64,000 nt of DNA, from assembly GCA_053919585.1 (NCBI GenBank), contig CM132790.1; one strand, given 5' to 3'. The DNA comes from Euprymna scolopes. Lineage: Eukaryota. Positions 37,811 through 51,489 of this stretch are shown here, piece after piece (positions within the stretch are counted from its first letter, which is position 1; each line of letters opens with the position of its first letter). The notes under the pieces are model-generated. The model saw nothing but the letters and a program-made list of their open reading frames with translations. It ran no database searches and was not told the origin of the DNA. The translations under genes were made by a program, and so were the position numbers.

Positions 37811-37942
37811 CACAATTTGGCGACTCCTCGTCCATTGGGGATGAGTGCAGGACCATTTTCCATGCGTGATATGGTACTACAAACATCTCTATATTATACA
37901 ACTGAGTATCTTCTCTCTGTGGTACTAAAAAGTTAGGGTCCC

Positions 37943-38200
37943 TTAGTATGACAGATGAAGGAGAGTTTCGTAGCCCAATTCGTTCAACATATGCAAGGTC
38001 AGTTTAGCCATGTGCGGTCGGGTATTGTCGTGGAAGAGAATTGAGCCTTTTCTGTAGACTAATGCTGGGTGTTGTTGTCGAAGTTTCTGATGCATTTCAT
38101 CCATTTGTTGACAGTACTTCTCCGTCGTAATGGATTCGCCTGCACTCAAAAAACAGTAATGGACGAAACAAGTGGTAGATCATTTTAACAGCCAATGATC
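37943..38200 (-). mobile_element. Mariner transposase fragment
   Basis: ITTEKYCQQM..ILFHDNTRPH..LNELGYETLLHLSY, corresponding to the HDNARPH..PHPPYSPDL region. Confidence 0.88.
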
Positions 38201-38615
38201 TAAATGTAAACAATAGACAATTAGTGTCTACTTTAAAGTTATTCTGCCTTCTAATGTTTAAAAGAAAACTAGAAGCTAAGCTCCCTCCCATAATAAGTAC
38301 AAAGTACAAAGCATGAGGAGCAAAAAACTGTTTTTTTATTAACTTGGAGATGATCTGAACTACGCTTTCAAATAACAAAGGTAGTATTTTCACCCCAATT
38401 TTAAAAATTGACATTGAGGCAGCCGACGTCCGATAGATTATGCTTGCTTCTGCTCAAATTACATAAGTTTTAAGTTTACATTCCAATTACTGTTTTGAAA
38501 TGAGAAGCAGCTCTATCTTTCGCTAAGACGTCAGTTGCTTTAACCATGGAGATAAGGGATCTTTTATTTTTTCCTTTTATTGAATAGGAAGGTGTTCACA
38601 GTTTACTTAATCTAT

Positions 38616-40342
38616 TTACAAACAGAGTATTTTTCTAACCCATCCTAAACAATTCCCTCTCTCCTGTTCTTCCTCCCCGCTACCAAACCTCGTACCAACT
38701 CTATTTACGAGAGGTTGGTCCCTATTTCTACTCTCCTGCACTGCATACGACGGATACGGGCAGCTGATTTCATCTATATTGGTTTCACGTCCCGCCGTCA
38801 TGCTCCGTGTCACGATCTTTCGTTCCATCAAGGGTACGTCAGATTCCTCATCCGACCCCTCGCGTTGATGACGACTCCTCTGCATTGCATAATCAGCTTC
38901 GTCTGTGGCTGATTCGCTGTCTGAATCACTAGATTCCTTTGGAACAGACAATGCAGCTTTTCTTAACGGCCTCTCTGTAGTGGGAATCTCCCACTCCTCG
39001 ATAGACGCTGTTCTGAGATGTTCTGCATGCGCCTTCGTTACAGAGCCCGTTAATTGATCCTTAATTCTATATGAAACCGGCTCAGTCTTTTCTATCACTA
39101 CGTAGTACGGTTTCCATCGTACATCTAGTTTTCCTCGCTTTTGGTGGTTTTTATAATACACCAAATCACCAACCTTAAATTCGACGGCTTTTGTTTTCTT
39201 AGATCTATCTATCATTTTTTCCTAGCATTTTTTATATTACTCCTTACTAAAGTGAAGGTTCGATGCATTTCCTGTAGAGCGATTTCATGATTTTCATCCC
39301 CATAGTATACTCTACGGGGTCTTAGAATATTGTCCAACGGCAGAACAACATCTCTATTGTAGAGTAAATAATAGGGTGAAAATTTCGTCGTTTCGCTTAC
39401 ATGGAACCTGACAGCGGCTAACATCTGATTCATGTATATGTCACACACCTGTCTATTGTCCCCTATTTTCTTCGCTAGGACGTCATGCATCGTTCTGTGG
39501 AACCTTTCAACTTTGCCGTTACTCTGGGGGCGATAGAACGATGTGGTCACATGATGCACGTTGAGGTCCTCTAATGTCTTTTTCATTATTTTATTTATGT
39601 TCTCAGGCCCATTATCCGTTAAAAGCTGCAATGGTGCCCCGAATCTGGGAAAAATCTCGTCAATCAATAGATGCACCACTGTTTCTGCTTTCTTATTCGG
39701 AACCGCAAAAGCCTCCGGCCAACCACTGTACATATCTATAAAAGTCACTATGTATTGGTTGCCTGATAGAGTTTTTGTGTAAGGCCCGGAAACATCTAAC
39801 GCTAGTTTAGCGAAAGGAAAAGGAGGCAAATCGCACTCCTGCATTTGACGTTGCTGTTTCCTCAAATTTCTGGTTTGGCACGGAATACATTTACCCATGT
39901 ATTCGTTTACTTGTTTAAATAAACCAGGTCAGAAATATTTTTGTTTAATAGCGTGAAACGTTTTTTCCACGCCCATGTGACCATTATCATCATGGTATTG
40001 AACTAACACCCTTTCTCTTAGATGCGACGGTATATATAACCTAATTATCGGTTCGTCGTCAGGTTGCGACAAGTAATATACTACATCGTCCATTATTATG
40101 TACTTTTTTCGTTCCCTCTTGGACGCTTTACCGTTTTTCATTCGCATCTTTAAATCTACAATCTCCCTATCTGCTTCCTGTTCCTTACTTACATCTAAAC
40201 CCGATAATCTAGGACGCTCGTGTGTTACCGATAAGTCTTCAGCATCCTTATGTGATGCAAAATCTTTTGGCTCAAAATGATTAGAGTTTATTGCACTCAC
40301 CGTATAATTCCTAATGTCTATTTCTACAGGGGGGGTCATCAT
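38616..40342 (-). pseudogene. Gypsy integrase (three frameshifted segments)
   Basis: ORFs 39929-40342, 39212-39898 and 38616-39215 carry the HHCC, DDE and GPY/F-like modules. Confidence 0.9.
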
Positions 40343-40437
40343 TGTCCTGGCTTGAATTTACAGGCGTGACATGAGATCCGCACAGACGTTGTCTTTCCCC
40401 TTCAGGTACCGTATGGTGCAATTATAATCAGCCATAC

Positions 40438-42849
40438 TAAAGCCGTTTCACAAGTAAGTCGGATTCTACCTTTTTAGGCGACTACGTGTGAAAAGAAAGA
40501 AAAGGCCTGAAGTTTTGTTCCAAGTTCTGCAGAAGGGCAGGTCCTGTAGAATCAGCAGAAAAGAAAGTCCTGTAAAGTCAGCAGACGAGCAAGTCCCAAA
40601 AAATCACACACACACTAAAGTACTCTTAAAGCTGCAGCAGTTTACCGATACGATCACACTGACGTCGATCCTAGAAAAGACACCCCCATGTTCCAAACAC
40701 ACTCCCTTTATCCTTCCGGCGTTCGTCCTCGGCCAATCAGCAGCCAAAGAACGGTCACGTGGGGCCCAGTGATGATCACACAATCTACAAGATGAGGACG
40801 GCGCCATTTTGGAATTTCTTTCATGTTTCGGCCATGCACGTACGCAACCGTATGAGCGTTCCAAGGTAAGGCATGACGCGCAGACACGTGGGCGCTTCCT
40901 CCCTTCATTTTCTTCGACTCTACACCCCCCTGGTCTCAAGATCACACATGCGGCATTGAGGCCGCGGTCGTTTGATGCGGGCGCTCTTACGAAGGGGGAT
41001 TAGCTGGGCTTCTTCATCTCCACCAGTGCCACCCGGGTCAGTGTCCACAGTCCTACCATCCGGCTGCACTTCATCTTCCTCCGAGCTACCTGGGTCAGTG
41101 TCCACAGTCCTACCATCCGGCTGCGCTTCATCTTCATCTTCATCCGAGCTCTCAGAAGTGGTGCTGGAGCTATCGCCATCCGTGCTGAGGTTCTCAGCCA
41201 TAGGCCGGATCCACATTTCATCACTGGATGATTCATCACTTTCACTGTTCACCATTTGGTTTATATCAAGGGCGGGCCGGACATCCCTTACATGGCGTGG
41301 GACACCATCAACCAGCACAGCCTGCTTACCGGTTATGCCGGTGATCCGTCCCTGTCTGAACCTGGTCGTGCATCGGTTATTGGGAGGCCTTACCCAGACG
41401 GTGTCCCCTGACTTGTACCGTCCTTGCGTCTTCTTCTGATTAGGCGGGCAGGCGTCAATGCCCTTAACACGCACTCGATAGAGATGTATCGCATTAGCAG
41501 GTGCACTTTCAGCAGTCGCGTCATCCTTTGGCGTTGTATTGTACCTATATACCGCCTCCGCAATCGTGCGTTGCTTCCTTGCTGCTATCCGTTTCACACT
41601 TCGGTGGCACCGCTCTGCTATACCGTTGCCACTCGGCACATACGCACACCTGTGTCTAAGCCGGGTCCCCCACTCGTCCATGAAACGCCTGAATTCCCCG
41701 CTGCAAAAGGCTGTGTCGTTGTCCGTGAGAATCTCTTCGGGTGGCCCCCGCTCGTAAAATATAGACTCTAATTGGCGGATGACACTAGCCGAGTCCTGTC
41801 TTGTTAACAGTCGCCAGATCGCAAACCTCGTCGGTCCGCAATCGATTAGTGTGAGGAAGTGCTGACCACCATAGTGGGTTATGTCCATGCCCAGCCGGCT
41901 CCAAGTCCCGTCGACTTCCAGCCGACCTCTCTGCCATTTGGTGGGAGCCGGGTCGATTGACTGGCATATTTGGCATTCCTTGACCACTGATTCTACTCTG
42001 TTTTGGACACTGACGGGTTGGTTAAGTGTGCGAAATAATATGTCCGTCTCACTCCGGGGTGTCCAGTGTCGCGGTGTACCCTCTTGATTTCATCCGTCTC
42101 CTCAATAGAGGCAGCACATAACGATCCTGGTTCGGCTTCTTTCTTCATTGCGTCGAACCACCTCTGGGGCACACGGGTGAGTTTATCTGCAAGATTGCGG
42201 GTGGAAGCGACAAGCACCGCGTTCACCGATAGGTTGTACTCTTCCACCAACTCCCTTAGTGTCTCCAACCTTCGTCTGATTAGCATTTCGGTAGCCGCCT
42301 TGGTGCGCACTCTCGCTTTGCCTGTTAGTGTGTCAACTATCCAGTGGTACACGCACAGCGAATCTGTGTGTAAGCACAATTCTTTAACCTTCCACTGGAG
42401 TGCCATATTTACTCCCTTTATCGCCGCATCCAACTCCGCTAGGTTGATGTGAGCGGCATCATCCAGTGGTCGCAACCAGCAGAAAAGAAAGTCCTGTAAA
42501 GTCAGCAGACGAGCAAGTCCCAAAAAATCACACACACACTAAAGTACTCTTAAAGCTGCAGCAGTTCACCGATACGATCACACTGACGTCGATCCTAGAA
42601 AAGACACCCCCATGTTCCAAACACACTCCCTTTATCCTTCCGGCGTTCGTCCTCGGCCAATCAGCAGCCAAAGAACGGTCACGTGGGGCCCAGTGATGAT
42701 CGCACAATCTACAAGATGAGGACGGCGCCATTTTGGAATTTCTTTCATGTTTCGGCCATGCACGTACGCACACCGTAGGAGCGTTCCAAGGTAAGGCATG
42801 ACGCGCAGACACGTGGGCGCTTCCTCCCTTCATTTTCTTCGACAATACA
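40438..42849 (-). mobile_element. Nested, internally deleted LTR retrotransposon with 5-bp TSD (GTATG)
   Basis: 3' LTR 40438-40924 follows PPT AGGGGGG; truncated 5' LTR 42476-42849 is nearly identical. TSD CATAC at 40433-40437 and 42850-42854. Removing it restores host WALSM|ADYNC. Confidence 0.93.
40920..42475 (-). pseudogene. RNase H C-terminus plus integrase of the nested element (one frameshift near 41990)
   Basis: HINLAELDA, TDS, NLADKLTR, GHPG..CQIC, LGMDITH, ILTDND, GNGIAERCHR. Confidence 0.9.
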
Positions 42850-44865
42850 CATACTTAAAGCCCACGTCTGTATTTTCCTATTTTGAATTGGTGAGTTTAA
42901 TAAATACTCCAATTGTCTATGGTCTGTATAGATGGTGAACGTAGCACTATGCAAATAGTGATTTAATTTATTCAGGGCATAGTGTATCGCATATGCCTCT
43001 TTTTCTATTGTTGACCATCTGGTTTGAGCATCACTCAACTTATGGGATAAGAAGTAAATAGGTTTTTCTACCTCTTTACCCTCCTTTGGATCATAGACCA
43101 TTTGTGATAAACATGCCCCAATCGAATGATCAGAGGCATCCGTATACAGTCGGTAGCCATTATCCGGATCGGGATAAGCCAGTGTTACCATATCTGCAAG
43201 CTTCGTTTTTAGGCTATCACAGGCAGACTGACATGCATCGTCCCAATAAAATCGTGCATGCTTCCTCGTTAATCGGATTAACGGCTCGGCGATATCGGAA
43301 AATTTTTTTATAAATCGCCGATAGTACGATGTCATACCAATGAAAGCTCTTGCTTTACAGTGGTTGGAGTCGAAATCATTTTTATAGACTTGACTTTATC
43401 CATGTCTGGCTGTATACCCCTCTCACTAACTTTGAACCCCAGATACTGTATTTCTTTATTAAAAAACTCACACTTTGTTGCTTTTAATCTAAGATTGTGC
43501 TTGTGCAAACTCCCTAAGACCTTATCTATGTTTTATATGTTCTTCCTTTGTATTGGAGAATGTTAAAATGTCATCCAAATACGGTACAGCGAATTCTTCC
43601 TGTCCTTGTAAAACTACGGACATCAATTCCTGGAAGACCCCGGGGGCGTTCGCAAGTCCGAACGGCATTACATTAAAATGGAACAACCCCTTGTGGCAGG
43701 TGAATGCAGTTTTTTCCTTATCGTTCTCATTCAATTTAACCTGCCAGTACCCTGACTTCAAATCTAATTTTGAGAAGTACTTTGCTGACCCAAGCGAGGC
43801 TAAAATATCATCAATAACTGGTAACGCTCGGGCATACTTCTTTGTTATTTTATTTAGTGCCCTAAAATCTACACAGATTTCTTCTCTACTAAATCTATCG
43901 GAAAACTCCACGGGCTGTTTGATCTTTCGATTACTCCAGCCTGCATCATTTCCCCTATTGCAGACTCTACTTCTTTTCTTTGCTTAAGCGGTGTCCGGTA
44001 CGAGCATTTCCGTATGGGCTCATGCGTTCCAGTATCAATACGCATCTCTACCGCATCGGCACTGCCCAAGTTCTTATCTCCCGTAACGAACAAGTCCTTA
44101 TTCCGCTTAAGCACCTTATTGATCTCTAACTTGAATTCTTCGGGCACTTTTATTCCTTTCAAGTTTTCTTCAGAGATCTTATAACTATGTTTCTTTGGCA
44201 TGGTAATCTCCATTATTTTACCAGCCGCTCTACACCTAGCTATCTTACACCCTCTTAAAGTAACCGTCTGGTTGGTGTTATTCATTATTAAAAGCGGAAA
44301 ACTTTTTGATCCTATAATTTTTACTATGGTATTTGCTACTGAAATACCACTAAGATCACTAAGAAATCCTCTATCTATTTGTTCCACCTCATACTCTAGC
44401 CCTTGACCGTTTTTAATACCCGCACGAGCTCTGCACGTATGCAAGTGCTGGGGTTTTAATGTTATTTTTCCCCAGTCTTAATATAGCTGAGATATGAGCA
44501 TCTTCTTCTAACGCTATATATTCATTTCCTATTTTTATCGCCCCTAAGTCAAAGTACATCCTCACCCAATTTTTCCTAAGCCAGTCCCGGCCTAGTATTA
44601 TATTTCTATTGAGTTTTTTCGTCACAACGAAATCATGGTGGATGAAATGACTTCCTATCCTTATCCTTAATCGGGCGATGCCTTCTACAATTAATGGGGA
44701 CCCATTAGCTGTCCTTAAATTCATCGATTTACTATGTAGCTCAGGTCTCTGTATAAGTTTTTTAAAAACTCTACTTTTTATGACAGAAACCTCTGCGCCT
44801 GTATCTACTAAAGCCCTGAGTCTATTTCTATCTATTCTAATAGAAACGGAATTTGCAGCGCCCAT
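42850..44865 (-). pseudogene. Gypsy protease-RT-RNase H (frameshifted)
   Basis: ORFs 44413-44865, 43869-44444, 43522-43911 and 42745-43335. Confidence 0.92.
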
Positions 44866-44873
44866 GTTAGCGA

Positions 44874-45632
44874 TTACATGCGTCGGTATGCCTTCGCTCC
44901 GTCCGTCGGGCGCTGTACGAACGGTGCTCCTCCGTTTCCCTGCCTACGGTCTCTGCAATCTCTCCATATGTGGCCCACCTTACCACAATTGAAACACCTT
45001 ATACCCTGTCTAGTTTTTTCCTTTTCTCTAGTCTTATATACAGGCCCCCTATTCTCTAATCTTTTCCACCTATCTTGTTTTGGGAATTTTGCTGGACCTA
45101 CAGCTTCAACTCTAACCTGTCGTCTCGCATGACAAACCTCCATGGGTTCATCATCGTATTCACGGTTTGCGTTGAGCCGAATTTTCCATCTTACTTCTGA
45201 TAAAGCTTTCTCATAAGTTGCATGGAGATCCGTAGGTTCATCCCTCATAACGGCCATTTTCACATCCCTATCTCTGAGGCCTTCTATAAAAAATCCTAGA
45301 ACTTGTTTTTTTACTAATTCATTACTTGCATCCATAGCACTATATGCTCCTTCTGCTAGTCTCACTATTCTCTGCATGTAGTCTTGAACACTTTCGTCTC
45401 TACCTTGTCTTATATTAGCTAATTCTATTAGGTTCTTGTTAGGATTTGCGACTATTCCATAATAATAATCTTTTAAGGCCCGTTTCAATTCTAGCCAAGT
45501 TAACCCTTCATTATTTGCCATTAATCCGTTAATGAAGAGTCCAACCTGCCCCCTAGTAGTCAATAATGCTGCCTGACATTTTTCTTCGTCCCCAGCACCG
45601 ACTATTCTAAAATATTTTTCTAACTCTTGCAA
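44874..45632 (-). CDS. Gypsy Gag (capsid plus CCHC nucleocapsid), partial
   Basis: QGRDESVQDY..FIEGL..EPMEV..CFNCGKVGHIWRDC. Confidence 0.9.
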   Translation of the reverse strand: MQELEKYFRIVGAGDEEKCQAALLTTRGQVGLFINGLMANNEGLTWLELKRALKDYYYGIVANPNKNLIELANIRQGRDESVQDYMQRIVRLAEGAYSAMDASNELVKKQVLGFFIEGLRDRDVKMAVMRDEPTDLHATYEKALSEVRWKIRLNANREYDDEPMEVCHARRQVRVEAVGPAKFPKQDRWKRLENRGPVYKTREKEKTRQGIRCFNCGKVGHIWRDCRDRRQGNGGAPFVQRPTDGAKAYRRM

Positions 45633-46175
45633 TCACATCCTATATCCACCGTCTCTTCTATTTTCTAAAGTTCTTATATTCTTTAGAAGGGACTCACCTC
45701 GTAAAGTTTTTGAGATGGCCCCCACCGCGTTCCTAAGTTCCATGGTTAAGCCCTGCACGAAATTTGAAAAGATTTGCTATTCTATCCTTTTTTTTTTCAA
45801 CTTAACCAAAACAACAAACAAAGACAACGTCAGTTTAGAAAACAAAAGTACAATTTAAAAGACCAAGCAGAAAAAAAAAAACATTTTTTTTTTCTGTTTG
45901 AGTAATTTTGTCAAACAATCGCGAATTTCTTTCTTTTTTTCTTTCTCTTTACCGAAAGATTGAAATGTATTATTCTTTTTTAATGTATATATGTATATAT
46001 ATAACTTTAGAGCAGAAACAAGCAAAGAAAGAATCGAATTCGACTTACCTCGTTTGTATTTTGTTCATTTTTTTTTTCTTCTTCCTCCCCCCTTTTTTTA
46101 ATTTGAGAGTCTTGATTTCTTGATTTTGGGAGTTTCTTTTGTTGTTTTTTTTTTCAATAATCTGTTTGTGGTAAT

Positions 46176-46217
<42 letters not shown>

Positions 46218-46306
46218 GACCTTTTTTCGTTGTTTTCGTGGTATTTTTCGTGTTTGTGGTTCCTCTTTATTTTTCTTTTATTTTATTCTTGTGGAATAAA
46301 AATTGA

Positions 46307-46317
46307 TCACGGCACCA
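46307..46317 (-). promoter_or_regulatory. Primer-binding site, probably tRNA-His
   Basis: TGGTGCCGTGA lies 2 nt after the LTR end and is complementary to the tRNA-His 3' end (..UCACGGCACCA). Confidence 0.75.
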
Positions 46318-46319
46318 AA

Positions 46320-46921
46320 TGGTATATATGTTATATACTGGGTGATATGGCCGTGACGTCTATTTTGTTAGCACCATCTATATTCTAACTATCCGAGATT
46401 TTTGAATATCTCGATAGATAGAGAGATAGTTCGTTTGTGCATATATGCATATGTTGTTGTAATTCGTCTAGTGAATGGAATGACCGCTGTTCATTTATCT
46501 ATGAATAACGAGACGCTTTGTTATAAAACAATTTGATTTATTTAATAACAACATATACACATCATACGGCGGTGGAGGAGAGTGTGGCGGGGAGGGTGTG
46601 GTTGCGACCGTGACAGGCAGTTGAGCGTCGTCTGTCCTTCTCTCTGCTGTCACTCTCTCTGACTGACTTGACTTGTTTATGATTGCTTTTTATGAATTTT
46701 CCCGTTAACAAATTTACGTAATCGACCCACATTCTGACCCTGTTGATGTTTGCATTTGGTCTTACTTGCGGCCGAATTACGTCATCTTATTCCCGGGTTT
46801 CATTTTTGTCGGTCATCTGAACTTTGCTCCATTCAACGTTTGACCCATAAACCGACTTGCGTCATAGGACCAGGTCATCCAATTCCAGTTCATTCGCCCC
46901 TCCCCTCTATTTGACATCACA
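46320..46921 (-). repeat. 5' LTR of the Gypsy element (~600 bp)
   Basis: TGTG...CA termini, AATAAA, adjacent PBS. No partner LTR is available to confirm the ends. Confidence 0.7.
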
Positions 46922-47085
46922 CCAGTGAACTTCCATGGGGCCTTCCAGAAATTGTTGGAACGGTACAACAAATGCATTGCAGCCGGAGGAGATTACTTCG
47001 ATGGGGACTAGAGTTTCATGGGTGTACTATCAATAGAATTGCACATACAGAAAACGCATCGAAACCTATTCAAGACACCTCATGC
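46922..47085 (+). mobile_element. Mariner 3' end
   Basis: FHGAFQKLLERYNKCIAAGGDYFDGD* followed by a TIR-like end. Confidence 0.8.
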
Positions 47086-47368
47086 ATATATGATTTTAAA
47101 AAATTGGCAAGGGTGCGGAAATCTTAAAAAACAGTTTTATGCAAATACATAGCACAAATAAGGAAATTTTCAAAGAGGTAATATTTACCGTTTAGAACTA
47201 GAGTTTTGAACTATGTAAAAGTGGGTTTTACTTTTGACAACATGCAGTGATCACGAGAAAAGGTCGGTAGGTAGAATAGCGATCTCGTTTATATTTCAAT
47301 CACACTAGTTAATATTAAAATTAATCCTTTTCAAATATAAGCATATATAGACATATACAGACACGGAC

Positions 47369-47448
<80 letters not shown>

Positions 47449-47700
47449 TTAGGTAAGTGACGAAAAGAAGATTTTTCAAATAAAGTTTTGATCTCTAGTA
47501 AATAAAGTAATATAAAAATGGAAAGCAAATTTCCCACAAGCGATAGAAAAATGGTGTATCCATTAAAGATGGTGATAAGATCAGTCTGTTATTGGTATTT
47601 TGTTTTAAAATAAGTGAATAAAATGCGGTTAAAATATACCTGAAATAGATAAAAGGAAATAAAAAACAAGAAAAAAGAGAAAATAGTGTTATATTTACAT

Positions 47701-48070
47701 ACTAACGGGGTGCCCGGCGTTGCTCGGGTTTTTGGAGGTGTGTGTTAAGCAAAAAAAAAAGTTGTAGTAGGCAGGCGGGCTCGACCCCGTGACGCGAGGA
47801 CAGAAAAGAAAATGGAGGTGTGTGTAAGGGTGTTGATTGAGCAAAAAAAAAAGAAGAAAAAAAATGCGAGTCCCCCCCCCCAAAAAAAATAGGAGTAGTA
47901 AGAAGGCTCGAACCTGTAACGCGTGAGAGGAAAAAGAGGTGAAGCATATATGCGTTTTACATTCTGTTCAATATACATATTTTACTAAAACAAATGATCT
48001 ACAATATATTCATATATTATTAACGTTAAAGGCGCAAGACCCAACGTTGCCCGGGTCAAATCGATGGCAA
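47701..48070. mobile_element. Helentron-like/SINE-like debris
   Basis: ACTAAC..CCCGG(cgttg)CTCGGG hairpin, with a similar motif at ~48038; two diverged B-box-like units on the - strand. Confidence 0.35.
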
Positions 48071-48597
48071 TACTGTAAGTGTCAAAGAAATTGGTGAAAT
48101 CGCCAATCTTTCAATGAAAACAATTATAGTCTGGAACTCACCGCGATGCACCAGGAGGAAAATTACATGCCCCTCTGATATGACTTACTCTACAATACAT
48201 TATATTCTACATTGCATTGTAAGAAACCTACTGTTGATTTTATAAACTTATTTGCTTATTTACTTGAATTAATAATTAAAATGCGAAAATTAATTATCAT
48301 TGATTATAAATTACTATTGCTCTAAATAGAAACATTGATTTCGAATGTGACTCAATCTTATCAATGTACCTACTGTTAATTTTATACACTGAACCCTTCT
48401 GCTTGTGATGTGAGAAAACTTCTTAAATGCACTTGTGATGTGAGGCTGTATAAAAAAATGTTAGATTTTATCAAAATTAGACTTTACTTTATCTGGAGAT
48501 TTTGATTATTGATTTTCGATACTTATTAGAACTATTCCGAAACAAACCCTATATATGAACTCTCTCAGACATATGGAGTATATTTGATTCAAATTTG

Positions 48598-48674
<77 letters not shown>

Positions 48675-48867
48675 CTCGCTGGCGACCCTCCGTTGTTTAC
48701 AGTGAAAAAGCTTCACATGTCTCCCAACATGAAGTTAGTCCACAATACGTTGGATTGTCTACATTGCACTGCAGAAAATCTAATGTTGATTCTATCAAAT
48801 TATTTTCATATATAATGGCTTGAATTAAAGTTTTAAATGCAAAATTCAAATATAATCCAATTGTGAT

Positions 48868-49612
48868 TTTTTTTACATAGGCATCCTCATTTATCAAGGC
48901 GAAGAGGCCACTCGAGGATAAAGGTTAAAGAGTGTACAGTAGACAATTGGACAATATAGTAATCGTTAGTAATAGAAATTCGGTAAATTTGTGAACTTAT
49001 ATGGAACGGTTCATCATAAACTTGTTTACGTTAGACTTGAAGACAACCATATTGTAGTCAGCTGGAAAGTAGGAAAACGGAAGATAATTCCATAGGAAAG
49101 AATCTTTGCTCATGGAATCTACGTTTAGGTTTATGCACAGAAAAATAGTGGGATAAATTATTGATAGTGTTTTCTGCTAGAGAGGTGTTTCTTGTGAAAG
49201 TTTGGCGGAGGGGGATAAAGCAGAGACAAACTTGCAACATCTCTTCTATAAGAAAGAGGTTGCAGGGAAGAGAAAAGAACATCTCCTACGAGGCTACAAA
49301 GTCTATTTTGAACTCTTTCAAGGCAAGATGTCCTTTCAAGCACCTCCTGCCCAGATGTGGCAAGAGTATTCCATCCTTGGATGTACCTGGCTCTTATATA
49401 GATAGAGAATTGCATCAGCAGTGAGATATCTACTGGATCGATAGAAAGATCCCACCATTTTTTCAGCGGCCTTGGCAACGGATTTAAGATCAGGAGTAAA
49501 GGTCAAGCTCAGAAGCTTATCAAAACATGAGGCCTCCCCAAGACGAGAGCGATTCATTTTAATTGATGCCAGATGGGGATCAGAGCATTGATGATGTAAA
49601 TATAAAAGCTTT
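48868..49612 (-). mobile_element. CR1/L2-group LINE 3' fragment with internal deletions
   Basis: KMVGSFYRSSRYLTADAILYLYKSQV; aligns to about 24930-25750. Confidence 0.92.
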
Positions 49613-50047
49613 CATTTCGAACGCGCCCGTACATCAAATAACCTACTGTTCATTTGATACGCCTGGCCTTACTACGTGTAATAATAAATTACCTTGGATT
49701 TATTTCATGTGATGTACATTTTGTCGGAATTTAAAAACATTATCTTTCATCTATCAATGAATGATATATATATAAAATTTTCAATACTTTTTTTAAAAAT
49801 TGCAACAGAATGTACATTACATAAAATAAATCCAAGGTAATGTTTTGATTCAATTTAAATTAAATTTTTATAACTTACTTCGTAAAATTTATAAAAGTGC
49901 ACCAGGAAGATGAATAAATTTCAAATTGAATCTTGTACCTTGAGCCTATAGTAAAAACATTTTCTTTAACAATTGTCATGCCTTGGATGAAATGCTTTTC
50001 TAACTTGTATATTTATATATGTCTTTATGTTCATTAATAATATAATA

Positions 50048-50270
50048 TTCTTTCTTAGAACTGCACGCCTGTGGAACTTTGTTCCGTCTGCCTGCTTCCC
50101 ACCGGACTACAACTTGGATGTCTTCAAGTCCAACGTTAACAAATTCCTAATGAACCGCCCCTTAAGTAAACACTTCATCAAATCTCCACTCTAACGTAAT
50201 GTACTTGCAATAATCCTTATCCATGAGTGGCTTCCGGGCCTTGATAAGTGGTGATCACTGTGTAAAAAAT
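50048..50270 (+). mobile_element. CR1/L2-group LINE 3' fragment
   Basis: FFLRTARLWN..FPPDYNL..FKSNVNK plus 3' stem-loop; same subfamily tail as 23480-23778. Confidence 0.88.
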
Positions 50271-51489
50271 ATATATATTTAAGTATTTATAATGTCTTTT
50301 GTTACCCCTTCACATGTAACTTTGTCATCAATTTGACATCAATCTTCATCTATTTTCATGTAGTTTGGGCATCTTTACTTATTTGTAAACCCAGTGAATT
50401 AGTAAATGAGTTGGTTTAGGTTTTTCAATATTAAGAAGCAGCAACTCTTATTGATGGTAAGATTTCTAGCCAAAGTGAATGTTTCAGTTTGACAAATGCA
50501 TGGATTATCGGTGTATCTAATTTGTTTTCATCTTTAACCTGCTCAATACACTTGATTACCCCGTTCTGGGATGTAACTGAAAGAGTCATTTGTATGACGG
50601 ATTTGTGGGGCATAACACTAATCCAATGCAGTTACTACTAGGGTAACTTTTCTTTTCCTAATGGCGATTCATGCGTGTCACCATAGAAACTTTCGCTAAA
50701 AGGCAAATACCCTCCCACTACCAACCTGAAATATTGATAGTTGATCGTGTTCAATCCTATAATGTATGATTTCCTTGTTCTCTGTAAATAAATCAAAGTT
50801 CGATTTGGATCTTACAAGTATTCGAGAGAGTTTCAGAAATGCTCTGAAATCAGTTCCTCAGATCGTATAATTCTAAGTAATTAGATGATCTTGTTGCACT
50901 CGAATTTTGGTTAAAAGGATTTCTTTTATTAATTAGGTCTGAAGCTCATTGAATGATGTGATATGTGCTCTATGTAATTATTCACAGTTTTTCTAGTTGT
51001 TATGTTGTTTTTCGTATTGATCAATCAAGCATATCGATCAATCAGTTGAATCAGCAAAACAATCGGTAGATCGACTGATCAGAACGCGCGTGGTTGTTGC
51101 AGTATAGAATCACAATGTCGTTAACCCAAAACAAATAATTGATAAGGTTTATTAGTTTAACATTGAACAGAAAGATATATTCAATATTATTTTCTTGTAT
51201 GTACTAATATACTTCACATATACGCAAGACGTCAATTCAATGACGGAGTCGTTCATGTTTGGTCATAACCTGCTTTAGTGATTCCAATCACGGCCACCGA
51301 GAGTAAGAAGAAGGCCTGTTAACTGAAAAATGCATGCAGGCAATGTAGGTAAGATTTGTCAGACTGTCAGTACTATATGAGGGTCATTTGAGAAAGAGCA
51401 ATAAAACATTTCTAAAAAGAAAAAAAGAACATAGTTCGATTAATACTGAAACTGAACTTTATTCAATATAAAATATAAATATTATCTAT

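Larger units (their letters stand above)
38560..46921 (-). mobile_element. Ty3/Gypsy LTR retrotransposon (gag-PR-RT-RH-IN), frameshifted, 3' LTR missing
   Basis: Gag CCHC (CFNCGKVGHIWRDC), PR (LVDTGA), RT (LDLKSGYWQ, MPFGL, YLDD), RH (TDAS, EKEAYA, TDH), IN (GHMG, CIPC, LTDNG, SNGKVERFH, WKPY). Confidence 0.95.

Noticed and set aside
40972-41771. Antisense ORFs over integrase (also 54993-55475 and 60813-61667)
   Set aside because: Shadow frames of TE coding sequence with no independent motifs.
37943-47085. A single mariner split by the Gypsy insertion
   Set aside because: The two mariner fragments are on opposite strands, and no TSD or 3' LTR links them.
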